From contig NC_045697.1 of NCBI RefSeq assembly GCF_009834535.1, forward strand, positions 8,310,001 to 8,374,000: 64,000 bases of DNA, written 5' to 3'. Below the pieces are notes generated by a model, which was given only the letters and a program-made list of their open reading frames with translations, searched no databases and was not told the DNA's origin. This document shows positions 35,301-46,730 of the stretch, one piece after another. A program made the position numbers and the translations under genes. The stretch's first letter is position 1; the number at the start of each line of letters is the position of its first letter. This DNA is from Camelus ferus (Eukaryota).

Positions 35301-36463
35301 TAATTACAAAAAAACGCTAATATCTGTCATTCAATCTCTGCTTGCCAGACACTGGTCTACACTCTAGGTATTTGCCTCAGTTAATCCTCACAAGAAGCCA
35401 CTGAGGCGGGCGCAATTTCCATCCCACATCGTAGATGAGAAAACGACAGACAGAGAGCCTGAGGGCCTTCCCGCTCAGGAGTGGTACCAGCATTCAGTCC
35501 CTAGACGTGTGACTTGGAATCCATGCTCTCAACCACGATGCAGAACAAGTCCATTGGTCTTTTTCCCAGCCTAGGGCCACCCATCAGTGTGCTTCCCTAA
35601 GTAAAATAATCATATTCCTGAGCTTGAATTATTCTGAACACTCCCTGAGGAGACAGAATAAGGCTAGAATCAGTTTTTGTTTTCAATGGTAATTATTTCT
35701 CTCTTCTTGCCAAATACAGGCGACAGCTACTACATGCAAGGGACTGCCACCCAGGTTTGGGGTGGGGGTAGGGAGGGGTTACCAGCTATGTGAGTAGCCA
35801 GCAGCTGCAAAAGTGATGAAAGCCACTGACTCCTAGACCCCCCAGCCCTCATACACCCTTCTGAAGAGATTCAATTCATGTTTCATTAAGTGCAGTTGCC
35901 GGTTCTACATCCCTGAACACATGGGGATCTCTGTACCTTAGCAGTCATGTCAATCCATTGATGGAAGGGGGTTGGTATAGAGCAGGGTGGGGAGGATGTG
36001 GTACCCTGCTCCTGCTCACCATGTCTCACCACCATCTTCCATTGGCCCCACTTTCCTTCCCCCGACCCCCACAGCTCTGGATGTGGGACAGATATGATCA
36101 TTCCATATCTCAAGAGAGGAACGAAAAGTTCAGAGAAATTGTGACATAACTGGTAATGAACAAAGGTTATACCAGAAGCAAGATTGACCTGGTATTTGTG
36201 AACATGCAATTAACCATCTCAAATGTGTTTCAGAAACCATTTAAAAATGAGAAAGGATTTTGCATTTAATCCTCAGGAAAGGCATTACTATCTCTATTTG
36301 ATAGACTGAGACCAAGGCTTGAAGAGGGTCAATGATTTCCCTCCCGTCATGTGACTGATAAGCTGAAGACACAGGACTGGAGTCACATTTTTTGTCTCCT
36401 GGGCCAGCGCTCTTCCTGCTGCCTTTGGACAGGTCAGAAAAAGAAGCAGTGCACCCCAGGCAG

Positions 36464-36474
36464 GTGACTCAGCA
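36464..36474 (+). promoter_or_regulatory. Consensus NRF2/NF-E2-sMAF ARE motif (function untested)
   Basis: GTGACTCAGCA, an exact match to RTGACTCAGCA. Confidence 0.3.
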
Positions 36475-36529
36475 CAAGCAAAGGCACACAGGTGCGACTC
36501 ACTGTCACTGTGCCCAACTGCTGGTTGCC

Positions 36530-36950
36530 CCTCATTTCCTCAGCAGATATTTATTGTCCCCTGGAATGTGTCAGGGATATAATACAACAGTGGACAAAAT
36601 AGACGCAGCTTCTGATGCCTTAAGAAACACAGTGCGCAAGGCAGTCAAGGTAAGACGAGAGGGACAGGAAATATGCAGGTGATGGAGAGCAGGTAACAGG
36701 AGACCCTCACCTTGCTGGGGAGTCCAGGGAATGCTTATTATGAAAGTGACAAGGTGGCTGATACCTAAAAGTGATGGCAGGAAGCAGCTGCTAGGACAAA
36801 GGAGATACAAAAGCCCCAAGGTAGGAAAGATTTGGGAAAATCTCAGAAGCTAAGAATCCAAACAGATTAAAAAAACATAAAGAGCATGGGGCGGGGAACG
36901 AGAGATGGAACTGGAACAACAGAGCAGATACTGTAGGGCCTTCTGCCTCA
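36530..36950 (-). mobile_element. L2 fragment
   Basis: 'cagcagatatttattg...gtggacaaaatagacgcagcttctg' and 'ggagtccagggaatgctt...aaagtgaca'. Confidence 0.65.
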
Positions 36951-37858
36951 AGGACCCAAAGACCTCAGTACAGTGGACCAGCCAATGGGCCTCTCAGCTG
37001 CCCGGGGTCCCTTGCTAGGGGAGGAAGGCAAGCCTGGTAAGCTCTTTAATCTCTCCCCCTAGGTCATTTCCTCCAGCTACAAATGAATCATACAGTTCCC
37101 TTCTCCCCATCCACATGGCCTGGGTACCGAGGCTGGGAGCAGGGGCCTGCTTTCCAGGTGCAGTCTCACCAGTGCCATATAAAGGGGGATTATTCCTTTT
37201 CCTGCAGCTTGACTCCTAGCACAGGCCGGCCCAGCAGGGTCGGCTTTCCTCACGGCCAGATCACATTACGAGCTAATATCTAATTTGTAAGTTCTATATC
37301 ACACCTCAGTTTCACAGTGTTGTGGCTTCCAAGTGAAGGTTCATGCCTTCCTTTTTCAAAATTAGCTGAGTGCCCTACGGTGAGAAAAGGAACATAGAAT
37401 GTACAACTGTACAACTGGCCGGATAAAATGGAAAGGCCCTGAATTGCTATCCGACCCCTGGGATGTAACTTCATCTCTTGGTTAACAATCTGTAAAATGG
37501 GGTCTTAATTCTCTCTGCCATTACAGAGCTGCATTGAGTCCAAAGTAAAGTGGAAAGTTTAATGGACTGGAATTCACATTCTAATACCAGCTTTTCCACT
37601 AACCATCTCTTCTGTCTTCAGATTCCCCATGTGTAACATAAAAAGATGGAAATCTACAGAATCCACAGGCTCTAAGAGGGTGCCCTTAAAATACAGCATT
37701 CTTTGCTTTGCTGTGTGATTAGTGGCTAGAAGATTATTCTGGAATTCTCAAACCATAAGAATTAATATCACTGTAGTTTCATTGCTATATTTTTTAAGTG
37801 TCAAAATTACTAAGATTTTTTGGAGATGGGGCAGAGGATAGGTAAGAGTAAACAACAT

Positions 37859-38297
37859 TTTGGTAGAGTAGCAGAATGGTCTCAGTTCTTCCCAGCCCCA
37901 TATCTGTGCCATGTGACCTCACAGGACATTCCACTACTGGCCTTACTTTGGGGCAATGTGATGTTGATAAGTCTGACACAAACAGACAAAAAAAAAAAAG
38001 TCTTATACAATTGGGGTGGCTTCTCTTGCCTTCTTCTCTAGCCATGCCAAAAGCATGCCCAGGCTAGTCCATTAGCTCCATAAGAGGATGAAGAACATGT
38101 GGAGAAGAGCCAATCTACAGACACATGAACAAACCTAGCCCAACTTCAGACTCATGACTGAGCCCAGCCAAGCCCTGCCAGGCCCATCCTAGATGATCTG
38201 ATCCCTGCCAATGAACTAGAAATAAATATTTATTGTTGTATGACACTGAGTTTGGGGGCAATTTGTTACACAGCATTATTTTAGCAGCTGATATATA
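37859..38297 (+). mobile_element. MaLR solo LTR, MLT1H-like
   Basis: 'agcatgcccaggctagtc...gaggatgaagaacatgtggagaagagc' and 'aaatatttattgttgtatgacactgagtttggggg...ttgttacacagcattatt'. Confidence 0.8.
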
Positions 38298-38642
38298 TAT
38301 CTGAACCTAAGTATTTTAGTTTCTTTAGTCTACAGAAAAAAGTAATCTCTGACTTGTCTCTCTGCTTCATATTTCTATGTCTTCATCTGTCTTCCATTTT
38401 CCCTCCTGTCTCAGATAAAGGCATGTCCTCCCTCTGAACCAACACTAATCCTACCTTCTTTGTTCTGATTCCCTCCCTTCCAACCATCCCTCCTTCCATC
38501 ATTCCATCCCTCAGAAAGGTTAGTGGACTTTGACATCTTTAAGGGTGGCTTTTCTTAGAGAGGTAGATTTAAAGACTATTATCTGAAAACGATTGACTGT
38601 AACAATCTATTTTGTTTTGGAGATTTAAAAGAAAAGTGTCCA

Positions 38643-39210
38643 ATATACAACAGCCCAGATATGGAAATAACCTAAATGTCCATAGACAGATGACCGGATG
38701 AAGAAGTTATGGTACATTTATACAATGGAATACTACTCAACCATAAATAATAATAAAATAATGCCATTTGCAGCAACATGGATGGACCTGGAGATGTTCA
38801 TTCTAAGTGAAATAAGCCAGAAAGAGAAACAAAAATACCACATATCACTCATATGAGGAACTAAAAAAAGAAAAAAGTAGACACTAATGAACTCATCTAC
38901 AAACAGAAGCGGATTCACAGACATACTAAACAAACATATGGTTACCAGGGGAAAAGGAATGGGAAGGAATAAATTGGAAGGTCTAAATTTGCAGATACTA
39001 TTATATATAAAATAGATAAATAACAAGTTTCTACTGTATAGCTCAGGGAACTATACTCAATATCTTATAATAATCTATAATGAAAAAGAATATGAAAACA
39101 AATATATGTTATGTGTATGTATGACTGAAACATGATGCTGTCCACCAGAAACTGATACAACATTGTACACTGACTATACTTCTGTTTAAAAAAATAAAAA
39201 TAAAAGAAAT
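38643..39210 (+). mobile_element. 5'-truncated LINE-1
   Basis: 'aatgccatttgcagcaacatggatggacctggag'; TSD aaagaaaagtgtcca (38628-38642) / aaatagaagtgtcca (39211-39225). Confidence 0.95.
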
Positions 39211-41259
39211 AAATAGAAGTGTCCATCCGCTGGCAGTCCCCAGAGGTAAAAAAAAAAAAGGGAGGGGGATAAACATTCTAGAAATGATCTTGAGCAGCTC
39301 TGCTGGAGGTGGTTCACCCTGGGAAGTGGCCCCAAAAGGAGGACTGAGCACAAAGAGCTGCATCCAGGGCAGGTGGGGGAGGGGAGGCAAGCGTGGAACC
39401 TCCTTAGGGAGGGAAGATCAATGACGACAGCCTCTGCAGCAGGATGCCCACACTCCTCAGCCTCGGCTGCCACAGAATACAGAAAACTCAAACATGGCAG
39501 TGAAGCTGTCCAGAGACGTGAGCTCCCTGTACTGGCCATTAGCATCCAGAGATTTAACTCAGTGGGGGGACTGAAGCCTTGGCAGCTCTTTTATGATAAG
39601 GATAAGTATTATTGACTTCTAGTCTGAGATCATCTAAACAATAAAATTAAATGTATTATATTTTTTCTATTGAAATTTAATTTAACTTCCAGAGATGTTA
39701 AATCTACTTCTAGATTTTTCTTTAAATAATTTTTAACTTGGTTTTTCCTTACTTGGGCCCAGGACTAGTGACCAGACTTTCAGTATCCTGCTTTTTTTCC
39801 CTCTTCCTATATATGAAACTCTACATCAAAGGAATTGGAAATACAAATAATAATTTACAAGGGAGATGCAAACATCCTGTGGGAGGTGACAGTCACATAA
39901 ACATTCAGTGATATTTATAATATATAAGTGTATCATATATCATTTATGACAGTAAGCATTCAGTAGCTGTGCATTAACATGTGAAAGCATTTAAATGAAA
40001 GGATTTTTAGAAGTCTAGCATTAATAAATGCCATCAGACAAGACACTCTTGTCACTTTTACTTGTAACAATATACTGAGCACTCTTCAAGGTACACTCAG
40101 ATACGTGTGGAAAATGCACAGATGATGGATGGATGATGAATGGATGAAACGTCATGTACGTATGTATCCTGCTATGTGCCAGATACGCTTCTAAGGTGAA
40201 GGAATACAAATAAATAAATAAAACAAATCCTTACTCTTGAAGAGACTTCAGTGATCCTAGTTCTGATCGTATTTGACAATACTAGAATTAGTCTGTTTGC
40301 GATTTACGGTAGGTTATGACATACACTTTTAGGCCACACGTGCTTCAGCTGGAACAGAAGCACCTGGTTATATCATTTTGACCAAGCCATTTTTGATAGA
40401 GTGTTCTCCACACATCTATCTCTGAGCTTAGAACCTCAGCATAACCATCGCTTTGGGTGACTGCGTCTCCCGTTAGAATGGCAGATGCTTGAGGACCAGG
40501 ACTACATTCTGTTCTCAATCCATGGCATCTTGCAGGTAGTTAATCAACATTCATATTCATAGACTGACCAACTGGCCTCATTAATGGGCCTCCCAAATTT
40601 AAATTTTTACTAGAACAAGCCTCTACTTTTAATCTTGATTTTTAAAACACAGAAATAAATGAAAATAAGCCAAAGGGTCACGATCACAAGCCTGTTGGAC
40701 AATTCTTTCCAAAATGTGCACATCATCTGATTTTGCAGAACTGTGTGCCAGGAAAGGACACAATGAGGTAAACATGCTTAGAAGAATAGTCAGACTAAAG
40801 ACAAGAGGCAGATCACGGTCCTTCAGAGTCCCCGACAAACAGCATGTCTCTTTCTCACCCAAGTTCGTAAGAAACTATGCACAAAGGAAAGATGCTGGAA
40901 GATGAGAGAAAAAATATCAACTTTATTACTAGTGAAGTTCAGATCTATGAGAAACTGAAATTTCTCACCATAAACTCCAGAATTATCTGCAGCCTTACAC
41001 ACCCCATCGCAGGCTGTCCTAGACTACCACACAGCAAGCAAGTCTCCACAAAAACTGTCCTGCCTGGAGCAGCAGGGAGAGCAAGTTCTCCCTGTGGGAA
41101 TCTGGATTCCAAGAGAGAAAGACGGGGAGAGTGGGAGCAGGCTATGTGCAGCCAGTCTCTCTTTCAGAACCGGGTCATCTGAAGACCCTTCAGGAGGAGC
41201 TGAGCGAGGCAACATGAGAGGTTACTCTCACAATGTCTCTCCACATTCCTACTAATCAA

Positions 41260-41782
41260 AAGATGTGGTGTATGTATACAGTGGAATGCTACTCAGCCAT
41301 GAAGAATGAAATAATGCCATTTGCAGCAACATGAATGGACTTAGAGACTATCATACTAAGTGAAGTAAGTCAGATAAAGAAAGTTACGTATCATATGATA
41401 TTACTTATATGTAGAATCTAAAAAAAAAATGATACAAATGAACTTATTTACAAACAAAAGCAGACTCACAGACATAGAAAACAAACATGGTTACCAAAGA
41501 GGAAGGAGGAGGGGAGAGATAAATGGGAATTTAGGATTAACAAACTACTATATGTAAAATAGATGAACAACAAGGAACTACTATGTAGCACAAGGAACTA
41601 CATTTAATATCTTGTAATAACCTATAAAGAGAAAGAAGCTGAGAAAGAACAGATATATGTATCTGTATATATGTGTTTGTGTGTGGATGTGCATGACTGC
41701 ATCACTTTGCTGTACACCTGAAACATTGTATATCAATATACTTCAATTAAAAAAAGAGTCAAAAATTAAAAAAAAAAAAAAA
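41260..41782 (+). mobile_element. 5'-truncated LINE-1
   Basis: 'gaatgaaataatgccatttgcagcaacatgaatggacttagag' through 'atcactttgctgtacacctgaaac' and an A-tail. Confidence 0.95.
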
Positions 41783-42499
41783 GAGAGAAGTTGGGGATGG
41801 GCCATTTTCACTTCTGAGAAAGGCTGAGCTTGAGAGCATGGGTGAGTGGGTGATCCAAGATCAAAACCATCAATGAGTTGGTTAACAAGAAAGCTCAGAA
41901 CAAGCCCAGAACCTCGAGCCCTCCCAGACAGCTTCTGCTGCTGCACACACCCCGTCTCCTCTCCCGTTCTTCCCTCCAGGCCCTGACAACCATAAATTCC
42001 CTCTGTTCTTTCTGTCAAAGCACTCTGAACTAAGGCATTCTCCCTATTCTTTCCATAACCAACGTCATCATTGCATAGTATAGACGCGCCTTGTTGTTTT
42101 AAATGGCAGAATTTACTTCCTTGTTCTTTTGTTTTTTGGTTTTTTTTGGGGGGGGGGTTGTTTGTTTTCTTGGATACACATGAATTAAGTGCAGGTCTAA
42201 ATTTTCAAGAATCTCTTTAGTGTTTAATTTTCTGTGGGGCATACAGTGAAGAAAGGAGCATACACATTCTTGTAGAGTTAAATGCTGCCAGAGAAACTGA
42301 AAGAAAAAAGGTACCGAGCATTTCTAAAGCTTCTATATTGAAAGCGCATCAGGTTGACAGTGATTAAAATACTGCACACTGTAAAATGTGTGAAAGACGA
42401 TGAACCGAGGCCAGCAAAAATATTTTGTTCTCTCAGGTGAGTAAAATCCTGGATGACATGATTTTCACGGATTCTAGACCTAGCTCTAGCTCGAGATTA

Positions 42500-42709
42500 T
42501 CTTAATTTGAGCAAGGCATCAGTCTTCTCACACTGAAAATTGGTACTTTATTGTATAGCTCACATCAGAACCACCAGGAATGGTCTTTCTGGAATACAGA
42601 TGGCCTTTTCTTAACGACAGCACTGGGCTCTCCAGCGTCTTGTGTTCCAGGAAATCAGTTGTTTAAACTGCCTTCTTCTGTACCAGTGAAAGAAACAAAC
42701 ATTGTTTTA

Positions 42710-42745
<36 letters not shown>

Positions 42746-42840
42746 AAACATACACATATTTACAGTGTTATACATATATATATATATACATACATACATA
42801 TACTATTGGTTCTGTTTCTCTGAAGAACCTTTATTAATAC
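42500..42840 (+). mobile_element. ERVL LTR 3' part, MLT2-like, containing (TG)n/(TA)n repeats
   Basis: Terminus 'tattggttctgtttctctgaagaacctttattaataca' is typical of MLT2; 5' boundary uncertain. Confidence 0.6.
42714..42742. repeat. (TG)n microsatellite
   Basis: About 14 uninterrupted TG units. Confidence 0.95.
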
Positions 42841-42907
42841 ACCAAACAAAACATGGGATTACCTACTGCTTAGAATATAAATACCTGCCTCCTTTACTTT
42901 TTCTATC

Positions 42908-43400
42908 CTTATTGAGCTATTATTCATGTATTATAAAGTTCACTCTTTCAAAATGTACACTTCAGTGATTTTTAGTATATTTATAAAGTTGTAAAATTAT
43001 CTCCATAGTCCAACTTTAGAACATTTTCATCACCCCCAAAAGACACTTCCCTACCCACTAGCAGTCACTGCCGACCCCCACTCCCTATCGCCTAGATTTG
43101 CCTTTTGTGGACATTTCATAGTTGTGGTCCAATGTGACTGGCTTCCTTCACTTAGCGTAGTATTTTCAAGATTCATTCATCCATTTATTGGTATTTCATT
43201 CCTTTCTGTCACTGGACAGTATCCCACTATGTGTATATAATGTATTTTTTATCCATTCATCAATGGATATACATTTACGTTGTTGCCATATTTTTGTTTT
43301 TATAAATAATGCTGTTATAAATATTTGTGTGCAAGCTTTTGTGTAGTTTCACATCTTCTCCCCAAATGTCTAGTAGTAGAACTGTTGGTAGATTGTCCTT
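42908..43400 (-). mobile_element. Old eutherian LINE-1 3' end (L1MB-like)
   Basis: 'ttagaacattttcatcacccccaaaaga...gcagtcact' and 'tgtgactggcttccttcacttagc'. Confidence 0.85.
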
Positions 43401-43494
43401 TACCTTTGAACACGGGAAAAACCTACGGGGTGGGGCGAGGAGAGAGCCAAGTTCGTTCAGTCGGCACAAACTGCACTGATAGTGCCATATGGGG

Positions 43495-43992
43495 GTATAG
43501 TACTCTCCTTTTCTACTGTAACAAAGTACCATAAATTAAGAAGCTTAAGCAATACATTTTTTATTATTATTCTACAGTTCTGAAGTCCAAAATGGGTCAG
43601 CAGTGCTAAATTTGTTCTGGAGGCTCCAGAGAAGAATCTATTTCCTTGCCTTTTCCAGCTTCTTGAAGCTGCTTGCTTTCTTTGGCTTATAGCCTCTTCC
43701 CCATCTTCAAAGCCAGCTGCACAGCACCTTCAAATCTCAATCTCTCCCCTTCTCTCTCTCCCCCACCTCCCCCCAGCTACTGTCCTCACATCTCCTCCTC
43801 TCACTCTCCTGCCTCCCCCTTATTATAGCCCTGTGACTATACTGGGAACACCCAGACAATCCAGAATAGTCTCTTTCTCAAGATTCTTAACCCAATCCCA
43901 TCTTCAAAGTCCCTTTTCCCATGTAAAGTAACAGATTCTGGGGATAAGGATGTGGATATCTTTAGACAGGGGTCCTTAATTTGCCTACCACA
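43495..43992 (-). mobile_element. MaLR solo LTR, MLT1C/D-like
   Basis: 'ggaggctccagagaagaatctatttccttgccttttccagcttct' and end 'ttgcctaccaca'. Confidence 0.85.
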
Positions 43993-44174
43993 GGGCAATT
44001 GTCCATAAATCGTGATTTGTTTTTTATACCAGATACTTTGGGGGTACAGCAGGTACAGTCTATTGATACTAGTCAAGTTGAGTTGCCCAAGCATAGGAAT
44101 TAAAGTTAATTTTGATGTTATAAAATGAGAGAAACTTGTTCGCTATTTTCATTTAGATAGATATGAAACTTAGT

Positions 44175-45750
44175 GCTGTAGAAATAGTTAATCAAAGTGG
44201 TTTTATGAACGAGTTCTTGGGTCAGACTTCTCAGGATCAAATCTTAGCTCTCCCACTTACCAGCCAAATGACTCTGGCAAGTTATTTAAACCTGAGACTC
44301 GATTTCTTCACCATACAATGGAGAATATAAGAACATTATTTTACATACTTTCTTTAAGAATTAAGTAAGATTTACCAAGAAAATTCTCAGCTTTGTTTAT
44401 TTATAGAAGACTATTTTTCAGGTTACCAGTTTCTAAGATTTTGAGTCAAGCCAGCTGTCCTGATGCTAAAATGTTTGGACACCACTAGAGATTCCAAGCC
44501 TTTTAACAGAGAATGAGGCTAGAGGTCTTTATCAGATGTCCCATTGTGACCTTCCTCCCCGCAAAGACCACAACAGCCACAATGACCATAGGCCGGCTAA
44601 CATTTATTGAGCACCTACCTACTCTGTGCCAGACACTGTTTAAAGCATTTAATAGAAATCAATTCACTTTAATTCTCACTTCATCCCTATGAAGTAGTCA
44701 TCTCCATTTTACAGAGGAGGAAACTGAGGCACAGAGAGTTTAAGCATATTGTTCAGTGCTGCACAAGCTGGCAAGAAACAAATCCAAGAGTCTAAGCTTG
44801 ATCACTTGCTCTCAGGTGTGTGGGCCTTTCCACTAAGGAGGCCTTGAAGATGGTGCATGAGAGCCACGTGTGGAGCCAAGTGTGCATGAGAACCCAGCTG
44901 CCTGGGTTCAGAGCCTGACTCTGTGACAGGTACAAGCTAGGCAACCATAGGTAAACTGCTTAACTTCTCTGTGTCTCATCTGCACAGTGGACGTGGGTAT
45001 AACATCTACCTCAAGGAGCCACTGTGGAGAGTAAATACAGCTCCATTTACAACACTGAACACACTGCCTCACCCAGAGCCCGTGCTCCAAAAGTGCTTCC
45101 ATATTGGAACTGGTTTCTTCTGAAGTAGGTTCTGCCTTTCAAATCTCTTCAAAAGTATAAGTTAATTCTATGCTTGATCACATTCTCTGATATTTGCTTA
45201 TAAACTCATTTTTAGTCCTCAACAGACTTCCTATGCATTTTCTTACTCTCTCATTCATTCACTTGTGGATTGTTTTATTTCCTTCAACAAATGTTTGAGC
45301 CTCCAGCATGAGCTAAGTCCTGTATCATAGGTTTTCACACCCACCCTTATCAAACAAACAAACAAACAAACAAACATGCAAATGGCATTAATTGTCTCCC
45401 TTTTTCTGATGAGATATTGGAGACTCAGAGACATTAGATGACAGTGGCAGGAAAAGGTGCAGTTCCCAGAAAACAAGGATTTCTTCTTCCACCCAGAAAA
45501 CACTTACACCATCCTTTGCTCTGCTGGATTGGAATGAGTGTAGACCGAGCACACACACCTGACCGTCAGGTCCACTTCGACGAGCTGCCAGCTATTGACC
45601 TTCAATAGCATATTTAATCTAAATCTCAGTTTATTTATCTATAGAATAGAAGTGATAATATCTACCTTTCAGGGTAGTTGTGTGAGTAGCTTAGTATTAT
45701 CGGCATGCCTAGATGAGATTAGTATCCAATAAATGGTTACTTTTTGTTAT
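44175..45750. mobile_element. Cluster of about five MIR copies, an L2 end and (AAAC)n
   Basis: e.g. 'ctccattttacagaggaggaaactgaggcacagagagtttaag' (~44703) and 'gcttaacttctctgtgtctcatctgcacagtgg' (~44958). Confidence 0.8.
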
Positions 45751-46287
45751 TATCACTTAAATCTATTTAGTAATTCCCTTGTAAAATTTAGCCTGCTCTT
45801 TCTAATGAAACACTAATATGCTCCTTGTATAAAATGCATTGGGGAAATCTTTTCATCTAAGTTTTTTCAAAAAATTTTTAATATAAATGATGAAAAGGTA
45901 GCCTGGAATATTTTACACATCTGTTACAAAACCTCTGGGAGTTGTCTGGAAGAAAAGACTTGAATCCAAAGCAGGTGGCTGGGCAGGACATACTGGTCTG
46001 TGTGAAGGGCTGGACTTCCCTCAAAAGCTCACACACTAAGGAAAGAGTCCAAGAGAACTGTGAGAAAACAGTAATTAATGACTACAAACACCACTTCCAG
46101 TCCTCGTGATAAAGTTTCCATACAGAGCCATAAAGAGATCAATTTCACACTTTATATTCTCCCCCTAACTCCAAAGTATCATTAACCAATAGGAGTGAAG
46201 TCCTAGAAGCACAAAGCACCAGCCATGAATCAAATGTACTAGGCATTTTATGTGTGTTATCTCATTTTTTATGCATACAACAAACAA

Positions 46288-46730
46288 CATGTGTTGAATT
46301 ATACCCCCCACCCCAAATTCATATGTTGAAGTCCTAGCCCTCAGTGATCTTATTTGGGTGTGGAGTCTTTGCTGATATAATTACTTAAGATGATGTCACA
46401 GAGTGGGCCCTAACCCATGTGACTTATGTCCTTTCAAAAATAAAGGAAATTTGGACAAAGACATGCACACAAGGAACGTATCACGTGAAGATGAAGGCAG
46501 AGATTAGGGTGATGATTCTACAAGCCAAAGAATACCAAAAATTGCCAGCAAATCACCAGAAGCTAGAAGAAAGGAATGGAACAGATTTTTCCTCACAGCT
46601 GTCAGAAGAAAGCAACTCAGCCAACACCTTGATCTTGGACTTCCAGCTTCCAGAACTATGAGACAATAAATTTCTGTTGTCTAACCCACCCAGCTTACGG
46701 TACTTTGTTATGGCAGCCCTAGCTGCAGTA
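46288..46730 (+). mobile_element. MaLR solo LTR MLT1C-like, inserted in a MIR
   Basis: 'aaattcatatgttgaagtccta' and 'ccaacaccttgatcttggacttccagcttccagaactatgagacaataaatttctgttg'. Confidence 0.9.
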
